Source: a bacterium (GTDB lineage Bacteria > Arandabacterota > Arandabacteria > Arandabacterales > Arandabacteraceae). Taken from it: 64,000 nt of DNA. The translations under genes and the position numbers were made by a program. The notes under the pieces are model-generated. The model saw nothing but the letters and a program-made list of their open reading frames with translations, had not been told where the DNA came from and made no database searches. Where the stretch lies: the NCBI GenBank assembly GCA_025774845.1, contig JALGZP010000002.1:348-64347 (forward strand), written 5' to 3'. Positions 35,777 to 43,755 of the stretch are shown here, piece by piece. Position 1 is the stretch's first letter. Every line of letters begins with the position of its first letter.

Positions 35777-37138
35777 TCAGCGTATGTAACCCAGAGACTT
35801 GAGCTGGTCGATCTGGTCGCGGCTGAGCTTGGGACTGCGTGTCTTGAGCTCGGCGCGTCTCAACCGCATTTCGTAGTCCCACTCATGCAGTTCCGTCTGC
35901 ATCTTTCTGAGAGTCGTCAGGTCATCTACACTCACGTCCCGCTTCTCTCCGGGATCTTCAGCCAGGTTGATCAACTGGGTCACGTCACTGGTCGGATCGT
36001 AGATCAGTTTCAAACCGTCACGGATCATCGTCTGGAAGGTACCCCACCTCATGGTCTCGCTGAACACCGCCCGGGGCTGGGGCGTTTTGCCGCCGGCAAA
36101 CTCAAGCGCCACTCCATCGTGCGTATACCCATCCGGCATCTCGAGACCGTTCAGACTGAGGATTGTGGGTGCGATGTCCACGAGCCCTACATGCTGGTCT
36201 ATGACCCTTGCCGTGGTTTCTCCCGGAAGCCTGATCATCAGGGGCACGTGAATCAGCTCCTGATAGACGGTCTTGGTGTGGCCGATCCAGTTATCTCCGC
36301 GCTCAAGGAACTCTTCGCCGTGATCGGCAGCGATGATGATAATCGAATTGTCGTAGAGCCCCTGCTCCTTGAGCACGTCCAGGAACCTCCCGACATGCTC
36401 GTCCGTGAACCTGATTTCCGAATCGTAGAGAGCGTTCAGGTAGTCTACGTCATCTTCGGTCATCTCCGGGGCCAGCTCTCTCAGGTCACTGATCGTCTGG
36501 CCGCTGAGGAGCGTTCCATCATAGTCAGGATAGTAGTTGTACTCCTCATGCTGGATGTAGTCGCAATGAGGATCGAAGTAATGCAGGAACAGGAAGAACT
36601 TGCGATCCTTGTGCTCTTCGATAAAGGCGACAGCCTTGTCGGTGACCGACGGTGACGACACATGGCCGTGCCCCTGGGAGTTTTCCTCGTCATAGATGTC
36701 AAAGCCCTGGCCTATGCCGAAGGTGTTCGAGATATAGGCATGCGCGATTATTCCCCCGGTCGCGTAGCCACTGTTCCTGAGTACTTCGGCCAGGCAGGGG
36801 AACTTCTCGTCAAGTACAACTGCCTGATCCTGGTACCCGAGAACGTGTGGGTACTGGGCCGTGAACATGCTCGCCACCGTTGGAGTGGTCCACGGAGCAG
36901 GAGAAATTGCATTCCTGAACAAGACGGCGTCAGCGGCGAACTTGTCGAGATTGGGAGTCGTGTTCCGGTCGTACCCGTAGCAGCCGACATGATCTGCTCT
37001 CATGGTATCGATCATGATCAGTATGACATTGTGCCTGTCTTTTGCCGTCAGATTGTCATCATCATCGGCCGCAGTACACGCGACCAGTGCAATGGCGGCC
37101 ATCAGGAACGCGAAGGAGACCCGTCTCATAAGCATCAC
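35777..37138 (-). CDS. Exported sulfatase-fold (AlkP superfamily) hydrolase/transferase, Thr at nucleophile position
   Basis: 453 aa. VILIMIDTMRADH...SPAPWTTPTVASMFT...IIIAADHGEEF. No C/S-x-P-x-R formylglycine motif. Confidence 0.8.
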   Translation of the reverse strand: MMLMRRVSFAFLMAAIALVACTAADDDDNLTAKDRHNVILIMIDTMRADHVGCYGYDRNTTPNLDKFAADAVLFRNAISPAPWTTPTVASMFTAQYPHVLGYQDQAVVLDEKFPCLAEVLRNSGYATGGIIAHAYISNTFGIGQGFDIYDEENSQGHGHVSSPSVTDKAVAFIEEHKDRKFFLFLHYFDPHCDYIQHEEYNYYPDYDGTLLSGQTISDLRELAPEMTEDDVDYLNALYDSEIRFTDEHVGRFLDVLKEQGLYDNSIIIIAADHGEEFLERGDNWIGHTKTVYQELIHVPLMIRLPGETTARVIDQHVGLVDIAPTILSLNGLEMPDGYTHDGVALEFAGGKTPQPRAVFSETMRWGTFQTMIRDGLKLIYDPTSDVTQLINLAEDPGEKRDVSVDDLTTLRKMQTELHEWDYEMRLRRAELKTRSPKLSRDQIDQLKSLGYIR

Positions 37139-37185
37139 ATATTACTATATTGCACTCAACGTCATGGGGAAAGTGCTTTCGATCG

Positions 37186-39195
37186 CTAACGTGAGAGGAT
37201 GATCTTCTTGCTCACCATGCCGGGGCCTGTAGCTACCGAGACGAAGTAAACGCCGGGGGCCACTCTATCACCGTACGAGTCTCTGAGATTCCAGGTAAAC
37301 GGCCCGGCTTCTCCGATAGCACCCTTCCTTACGACCCGGCCCAGGATGTCATAGATCTCGACTCTTCCTTTCGCACCCGGCCGGGACAACGAGATTGCAG
37401 CATAAGATGTTGCCGGGTTGGGGTAGCATGTCACGACCAGTGCCGGATTCTCGATATCGATTCCGCCCAGACCGCCGAACCAGTCCACAATCCTTGAGAG
37501 CAGGAGCACACGGTCCTCCGGAGTCGAGATCGCTTCGAACCCAAAGGAGAGATAGACGACCTTCGAGGAATCCGAGTCGAATCGGACCCCACCATGCTTG
37601 GCCGGATCACTGTAGTCAAAAATGACCTGAGCGGGTGCGACCGAATCTATCACATCGGGGTAGTTCTGGTTATTTGCCCCGTCTCCACCCTGGATCGTAA
37701 TCGACAAGCCGTCGGTTATGGGATCACCCGCCCGCCCGGACAAATTCCAGAGGTTGGAATTCGGCATGATGTGCCGTGCGTGAAGGTAGTTCCTGTAGAA
37801 TGTCTCGGAGTCCTCCGAATATTCATGACTGTTGATATCGTCAAGACCCCAGCCGATGTCCTGCCCCGTCAGGAAGAGCCGGCCGTCGCCTGCGAGGTAT
37901 GAGGTTAGAACCGATTGATCGTGCACATCAAGACTCGGGGCGGCATGGCCGGTGAACCAGACCACAAATTCCGTCGCGTCGAGGTCGTCAAGCTCGGGAA
38001 CGTCGATTGTCCGATCCCAGGTCCCCCACGAGATACCTAAGGAATCGAGTGCGTCTTCGTAGTAAGGCTCGAGATCATAGCCTCCATCGTCATCGACTAT
38101 GAGAGCGCATACACCTGAGATGGCAAGGTACCGGAGACTCCGGCTGAAAGCAGGGTCCCGGCGCGATGTCAGGGTCAGAGTCGCCACCCCGGTACCGGTG
38201 TCATAGCCGCAGCCGATGGTAACGTTGATGGCACAGGAGCTGTCACTCTCGAGGGCGACTGAACCACCCAGTGGAACGCCACCCACGACTTCGTAATCTG
38301 CGGACCAGTCCGAGGGTAGCTGCTGTGTGAAGTCTATGTCAAACGTGTCCACAACCGACGTGCGACTTAACAGCGTTCCGGGGAAGACTGCGTCCCTTCC
38401 TTCACCGGCAACATCCCCGCGTCTCGGCGCGGTGTATCTTGCCCAGGCCGCCGGTGGCTGTGCGGACGACACTGCCTGGACTATACTCGTGTCTGTTTCA
38501 TCCTGGATAAAAACAATGGTGCTGACGTTGGCCGGGTCCCACGATGGGTCAACCTCAAAGGCGAGATTGAAGTCCAGGGTTTCCCCGGCGTCTATCGCGA
38601 ACGCGATCCCGCCGGGATCGGGAACGAAATCCCTGAAGACAAAGTTGAAAATGTCCTGACCGTTGGGTGCCTCATAGTATATGCTGTCCTCGATCGCGGC
38701 CGCTCTTAGGATCAGGCTGTCCGCCAAAGGCTCCCACTCCGCTATCACGCTTATGTCAACAAAGCAGGAATCGCCGCTCAATGAGTCACTCGCCACCAGC
38801 TTTATCGGGCTCGGGACGTCAAGATTCTCATCGATCACATCCTTGATCGGTCCAACGAAGCAGGACTTCGGTCGCTTGACGCCGTCGATGAACATCGCCG
38901 GCATCTTGGTGATTGAGTAGTAGCCTAAGCGTTCCTCAATCTCCACCGGGTTGGCAAGGTAGAAGGGATCTAACGCCCACGGATCCCTTCCGTGGTATCT
39001 GATCATCACAACATCAACTGGACTGTAATAAACGAGCATCGAATCCAAACTTGGATTCAGGCAGCGGCCTCACCCGCAGCCGACATTGATCGCGTGCTCG
39101 ATCAGCACCGTCCGTCTCGCCGCGTCCGCAGTACCGACGCCAACAGCAGCCAGAACCGCCATCGCTACCAGACACCAGATTAAGAATCTTTGCAT
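37186..39195 (-). CDS. Exported thioredoxin-fold / Ig-like protein with in-frame UGA (candidate Sec, GCG-U-GRC) and Por/FlgD-Ig C-terminal domain
   Basis: Track ORFs 39070..39270 and 37186..39048 share one frame and are separated by TGA at 39070..39072. Only the upstream piece has a signal peptide (MQRFLIWCLVAMAVLAAVGVGTADA). Read-through gives RRTVLIEHAINVGCG-U-GRCLNPSLDSMLVYY...IRYHGRDPW...PAMFIDG. C-terminus is YPNPATSYAAISL...GVYFVSV. Confidence 0.65.
39041..39058 (-). promoter_or_regulatory. Candidate bacterial SECIS hairpin for UGA 39070
   Basis: Perfect palindrome GAAUCCAA-GU-UUGGAUUC, realistically a 6-bp stem with an AAGUUU loop. Starts 12 nt after the UGA with the loop G at +20. 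Confidence 0.5.
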
Positions 39196-39335
39196 TCTAC
39201 CCCTATGTCTCAAAATAACAAATAAAGCGGAACGCGCCTGCGTCCCGCTCCAACACAACAATGGTACCACGAAACCCGCTCGAAGTCAAGTCAAACCCGT
39301 GGGGTTCAGGAGCCCGTGATGGCGCCCTGTGCCGG

Positions 39336-39761
39336 CTACTTACCCAGGAGGGCCTGGAAAGTATCCAGATGATCTTCCTCTTCAGCCAGAATTGTCTTAA
39401 ACATCGTGACCGTGGTGTAGTCTTTCTCCTTCTCGGCCAGCGCTATTATCTCCTTGTAGAGCTTGACTGCACCCTGTTCGGCCTTGATATCCTCCCTGAC
39501 CATCTGTCTGAAGGTCTTGCCCACTGTGATCGGGTCCGGTTCAGTGGTCGGGCGGCCACCGAAGTAAGCGAGTCTCATCGCTATCTCTTCGGCATGTCTC
39601 ATCTCGGTCAGCGCAATAGCCCTCAACTCATCCTTCACCGTGAAACCCTCGATCCCCTTCCAGAGCACCTGCTGCCACATGTACTGGATCGAAACCTGGA
39701 TCTCTCTCGCTATCGCCTTGTTTAGAAGTACCATCAGTTTCTTCGAAGCCATACCGAACAC
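39336..39761 (-). CDS. Bacterioferritin/ferritin-like di-iron protein
   Basis: 141 aa. LNKAIAREIQVSIQY...TEMRHAEEIA...EEEDHLD matches the ExxH ferroxidase pattern. Confidence 0.7.
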   Translation of the reverse strand: MFGMASKKLMVLLNKAIAREIQVSIQYMWQQVLWKGIEGFTVKDELRAIALTEMRHAEEIAMRLAYFGGRPTTEPDPITVGKTFRQMVREDIKAEQGAVKLYKEIIALAEKEKDYTTVTMFKTILAEEEDHLDTFQALLGK

Positions 39762-39790
39762 CTCCGTTCATTGGACCGCCAGTGCCGCTC

Positions 39791-40537
39791 CTACTTTACT
39801 ATCGGTGACGCCTCCTGGTCAAATGGATTGGTTCTCATTGCCAGTGAGAAGAGATAAGGATAGTGGTTCTTGAGGTGTTTCATGTAATCCAGCCATTCGC
39901 TGACCAGCAGGACATAGGCTCTCCTTATGTCCCCTGCCAGATGCTTGTAGTCGCTATCCGGTAAGCCGGCCAGATCCCCACGACTCCGGACTTCCTCAGT
40001 GAGATGAAAAACCGCACGGAGAAGATCGGTGAAAGTCTCATGTTCGAGCAGAGCGGGGTTCTCAAGAAGCCGAACCATAAAATCCCTCTTGGTGATCAGA
40101 AAGTTCCGCAGGTTCTCGAGGTCAACCTTGGTGATATCGATCCCATAGTCATACGACCTGAGATGGCGGCTCACGACTTCGAATTCTTTATCTGACCAGT
40201 CATTTGAGACAATCATCTTCTTTCTGATGCTATCGAGTCCGGGATCGGCATCCGAGAGTGACACAAGAAGCCCCGTCCCAGCCTCACTAAAGAAGGTCCC
40301 TATGACCATGTTGAGTTTCTCAAGCACTATCCGCTTCTCCCGCCGGACAAGCAGGCTGTGGATTATCAGGGTAACAAGCAGCACTTCGATCGGAACAAAC
40401 GCTACGTCTCCCACCATGTATATGAATATGTGATGGGCATCGTGGAAGACCGTATAGTGGAAGAAATACAGCACCGCGGACAACACAACCAGCGAAAGAC
40501 CCAGGACAATCTGCCAGCGCCGAAACGTCATATGCAA
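39791..40537 (-). CDS. Hypothetical membrane protein (2 N-terminal TM helices)
   Basis: 248-aa ORF with a hydrophobic N-terminus and a soluble helical C-terminal region. I recognise no family. Confidence 0.55.
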   Translation of the reverse strand: MHMTFRRWQIVLGLSLVVLSAVLYFFHYTVFHDAHHIFIYMVGDVAFVPIEVLLVTLIIHSLLVRREKRIVLEKLNMVIGTFFSEAGTGLLVSLSDADPGLDSIRKKMIVSNDWSDKEFEVVSRHLRSYDYGIDITKVDLENLRNFLITKRDFMVRLLENPALLEHETFTDLLRAVFHLTEEVRSRGDLAGLPDSDYKHLAGDIRRAYVLLVSEWLDYMKHLKNHYPYLFSLAMRTNPFDQEASPIVK

Positions 40538-40625
40538 TCACTCCTCCCCATGTGAACGACGACTTGCGCCCATACTCCTTTGATTCTGACTCCTTGAGGT
40601 CGACCGGGGTTGCTCAACCGGTCCG

Positions 40626-41387
40626 CTAAATCTGACAGTCATGGCAGGCATAGGTGATCCGCCCGGCCTGCCGAAACGACTCCACACGGCCTCCGCATCT
40701 CGGACATGGTCTGCTCTTGCCGCGATAGACGCGGATCCACTCATCCTCCCTCCCCCGCTCCTCAAGCCATTTCTTCATCAGTCTGAGTGTCCAGTCTGTA
40801 AGTCGCCGCTTGTCATTCCGGGAAAGCCGGGCCACTTTTCTCCGGGGGTGGATCTTCGCTCGAAACATGACTTCGATCCGAAGGATATTCCCCACACCTG
40901 AAACGATCGTCTGATCAAGGAATGCCTCCCCGATCGTATAGGAAGGCCTGGCATCAAGACGCCGCAGGAACTCTCTCCTGGAAAAGTCGCTTCTCAGAGG
41001 ATCCGGACCCAGATTGCCCCATGTCGGGTGCCGATCGAGGTCCTCCTGAGTGAGAAGTCTCACAACAGGCGCCGAGAACGCAACGGCGGCGTGGGAACCG
41101 GTAGTCAGAATCAGGCGAGCGCGCTCACGCGGTCTATCCCAGGTCTCCGCTTTACGATAGATGCGCCAGTAGCCCCACATCATGAGGTGTACAAGAATGA
41201 TCCTCTCATCGGAAAGTCTGATACGGAATTGCTTGCCGTAGGCTTCAACGTCGTTGATGCGCAGGTTCCGGAGCGAAGACTCGAACCGCTTGAGCTTGCG
41301 AACACCGAACTCGATCCGGACCCTTTTACCCTTGAGCACCCTTCTGAGCTGCCTGGCATTGTAGTGTACTAAAGGACCTTCCGCCAT
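40626..41387 (-). CDS. Fpg/Nei-family DNA glycosylase
   Basis: 253 aa. H2TH block LDQTIVSGVGNILRIEVMFRAKIHP and C-terminal zinc finger CPRCGGRV...YACHDCQ. The N-terminus is MAEGP rather than MPEGP. Confidence 0.8.
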   Translation of the reverse strand: MAEGPLVHYNARQLRRVLKGKRVRIEFGVRKLKRFESSLRNLRINDVEAYGKQFRIRLSDERIILVHLMMWGYWRIYRKAETWDRPRERARLILTTGSHAAVAFSAPVVRLLTQEDLDRHPTWGNLGPDPLRSDFSRREFLRRLDARPSYTIGEAFLDQTIVSGVGNILRIEVMFRAKIHPRRKVARLSRNDKRRLTDWTLRLMKKWLEERGREDEWIRVYRGKSRPCPRCGGRVESFRQAGRITYACHDCQI

Positions 41388-41415
41388 AATTCAATCCCGG
41401 GTGGACCTCAACCGC

Positions 41416-42396
41416 TCACTCTTCCACCATTGCCCTGAAGGCTTCGTCCTGCCTGAGTGCTTCAAGATCGGAGTCGTCACGCGCCATCTTCTTAAATTCA
41501 GGTGACAGCGTGAGGGCCTGTCCAAGAGTCTCCAGCGCCTCATCCTTCATACCGGATAGCGAGTAATAACATGCTAGGTCATACAGGGCTTCCGGCAAGG
41601 TGGGGTTGAGTTCAACCGCCCTCAGGGCCGCACCCAGAGCTCCGTCGAGATCGCCTTCCTCTTTCAAGGCACTTGCCTCAAAGAGAGCGCTGTAGGAGAG
41701 CTGGATCCCCAGCAGGCGTGACAATTCATCAATCGGTTCGGCATGATCATCGACTCTCAGGTCGATATACCTGTCATTGAGACCCAGGTATCCCCCGGCC
41801 TCTTTGACCACGAGCAGTGAAGCCGACTGCTTGCCCCTGGAGTCACCACCGGCTTCCTCACCGGCCTTGAGTGCCTTGACCAGACGAAGAGCCAGCTCAC
41901 CCTCGGTCTCCCCGAAGGTCTGGGACATCGCGGTGATGGCCGTCCCATCAACGAGTATGTTACCCTGGCAGGCAAAGTACTTACCGGCCTTGCCACCGGC
42001 CCAGGCGATGCACTCCTTGCCGGTGAAGGTGGCCGACCGTCCCACTGCATCCACTATCCCGACCTGCCGTCGGTCCCTGCCTTCGTCGGAGCCGACCAAG
42101 CTCTCCAGGACTTCATTCGGATCAAGACCGGACGCAAGAAGCGCAAGACCCTCCGGGCCATACATCGTATTGGCATATGACTGGGTCGCAACGGCTCCGA
42201 CCCCCGCGCTTGCCCACGGTACGACTGCACCGACCGCGAGGAATTTCGAAGCCACTGCTACACCAAGCTCGCCCGTCTCCGGATCGAATCCCACAATCGA
42301 GAAAGTGGAAACCTGTGAAGTCCTGTTTGGCGCAGTCGCAAGACAGACCGCCACACAACCCCAGATAAGAACCGTACTGATCAGTAGCTTTTTCAT
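41416..42396 (-). CDS. Exported DUF1028 (Ntn-hydrolase fold) protein with C-terminal TPR region
   Basis: 326 aa. STFSIVGFDPETGELGVAVASKFLAVGAVVPWA is the characteristic DUF1028 N-terminus. TPR-like helices at the C-terminus. Confidence 0.75.
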   Translation of the reverse strand: MKKLLISTVLIWGCVAVCLATAPNRTSQVSTFSIVGFDPETGELGVAVASKFLAVGAVVPWASAGVGAVATQSYANTMYGPEGLALLASGLDPNEVLESLVGSDEGRDRRQVGIVDAVGRSATFTGKECIAWAGGKAGKYFACQGNILVDGTAITAMSQTFGETEGELALRLVKALKAGEEAGGDSRGKQSASLLVVKEAGGYLGLNDRYIDLRVDDHAEPIDELSRLLGIQLSYSALFEASALKEEGDLDGALGAALRAVELNPTLPEALYDLACYYSLSGMKDEALETLGQALTLSPEFKKMARDDSDLEALRQDEAFRAMVEE

Positions 42397-43616
42397 CGCT
42401 CTCCCCTCCTTCCCCAGAAGAAGACAAGCATATCGTCAATATGAGCACGCCAGTTGCCCCAGCTGTGTCCTTCGTTGAACTCCTGGTACTTCAGGCGATA
42501 CCCCTTTTCGGTGAGAATAGTCTGCATCCTCCTGTTTTCGCTCAGGAGATCGCCGAATTTCCCGCAGTCAATATAGAAGTCGACAAGCTGTTTCGGACTC
42601 TCCTCCGCCTGCATGAGGAGTTTCCCATCATCCACTTCAAATGCCCCCGACTGCGACCCGCACATACCGAAAATCTCCGGGTGATTCATCGCAATCATAA
42701 AGGATATGGCACCACCGAGCGATGCTCCCATGATCGCGGTATCGTCCGGGCGGGTGCTGACGTCATAGCGCACGCGGATGAACGGCATGATCTCTTCGAT
42801 CAGTAACCGTTCATAGTCGGCGTTCAGCCAGTATTCGTAATTCCTGTCGAACGGATCGATGAAAACGGCGATGATAGGAGGAATACGGCCCCGTCGGATT
42901 ATGTTGTCCAGCACGTTGACCATCGAGGCGAGTGTGATGTACTCTCCACCGTCCTGCACAAAAACAACAGGATACGGCCCGGGATTTGCGGCCACGCCTG
43001 TCGAGTCGGGCCGGGACCCGTACGGCATATAGACCTGGATCTTCCTCGTACTGGGGAGTATGTCGCTCGTGAACTCATGAACATCGACTGTGCCCCGCTG
43101 CGGGAACATGGCCTCGGCAATCTCAGATGGTGGCACGTAGTCAGGCATGCTGAATTCGGAATTGTCTCCAAAACCGCCTGTTATCGTCCTCGCGTTGAGC
43201 GGGTCAAGCATCCAGAGCCGGTCGACATAGAACTTATAGTCTATGCGCGCGTCCATCGGCATGGTGAGTGTAAGGTAGTACAGGTTGGTCCGTCCCAGCC
43301 TTGTCATCTCACGGGTCTTTGTATCCCAGCGGTTTATGTCAGAGGGGACGGTTGCCCTCAAGCCCACCGCGCCATGGTAGACAAAGGTGACCAGACTATC
43401 TTCGATTAGCGGGAATTTCCCGTTGTTTTCCTCAAGGAAGTTGGTCACCGGCCAGCCGCCCGTACCCGAATAGGCGCGTCCAAGCCTCTCCTGCAATCTT
43501 CTAATCCTGGGGCTCATGATCTCCGACTCATCTTCGGGGTAGCAGAGACCGCTCAGGGCCAGAAACAGACCCATTGTAAGGACCAGTATGATTGCCGATC
43601 GTACCACACTAACCAT
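42393..43616 (-). CDS. Exported esterase (enterochelin-esterase-like alpha/beta hydrolase)
   Basis: 407 aa. N-terminal Ig/CBM-like domain, GASLGG nucleophile elbow and HSWGNW near the C-terminus. Confidence 0.7.
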   Translation of the reverse strand: MVSVVRSAIILVLTMGLFLALSGLCYPEDESEIMSPRIRRLQERLGRAYSGTGGWPVTNFLEENNGKFPLIEDSLVTFVYHGAVGLRATVPSDINRWDTKTREMTRLGRTNLYYLTLTMPMDARIDYKFYVDRLWMLDPLNARTITGGFGDNSEFSMPDYVPPSEIAEAMFPQRGTVDVHEFTSDILPSTRKIQVYMPYGSRPDSTGVAANPGPYPVVFVQDGGEYITLASMVNVLDNIIRRGRIPPIIAVFIDPFDRNYEYWLNADYERLLIEEIMPFIRVRYDVSTRPDDTAIMGASLGGAISFMIAMNHPEIFGMCGSQSGAFEVDDGKLLMQAEESPKQLVDFYIDCGKFGDLLSENRRMQTILTEKGYRLKYQEFNEGHSWGNWRAHIDDMLVFFWGRRGER

Positions 43617-43709
43617 ATTGTGTATCCCCCTTCCGGTGAATCGAAACCTTCGAGTTCTTTATAACATCTTGAAACCTGCCATGCCACCGGAATCCACCAA
43701 CGGTAGTGC

Positions 43710-43738
43710 TTGACTTCAACGGGATTCCGTGGTACAAT
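43710..43738 (+). promoter_or_regulatory. Candidate sigma70 promoter (TTGACT-N17-TACAAT with TGg extended -10)
   Basis: TTGACT at 43710..43715, a 17-nt spacer ending in TGG, and TACAAT at 43733..43738. Confidence 0.5.
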
Positions 43739-43755
43739 AGTTACGATCACAGGCA

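Noticed and set aside
34412-37138. The radical SAM gene as an anaerobic sulfatase-maturating enzyme for the adjacent sulfatase-fold gene
   Set aside because: The radical SAM protein has a B12-binding N-domain and no SPASM-type extra Cys clusters. The sulfatase-fold protein lacks the C/S-x-P-x-R target motif, having Thr at the nucleophile position.
14714-39072. UGA reassignment (genetic code 4 or 25) as the explanation for the four in-frame TGAs
   Set aside because: TGA clearly terminates several well-delimited genes in the same operon (stops at 18557, 22559, 23350 and 25035). All four internal TGAs fall on or within Cys redox motifs and have downstream hairpins. Context-dependent Sec decoding fits better than a global code change.
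14057-39270. Pseudogenes or split genes as the explanation for the same-frame ORF pairs
   Set aside because: A random nonsense mutation would not land on active-site Cys columns four times, each with a hairpin 10-21 nt downstream. For the two exported proteins, the fragments separate the signal peptide from the sorting domain. This remains a live alternative only for 37186..39195, whose C-x-U-x2-C spacing is atypical.
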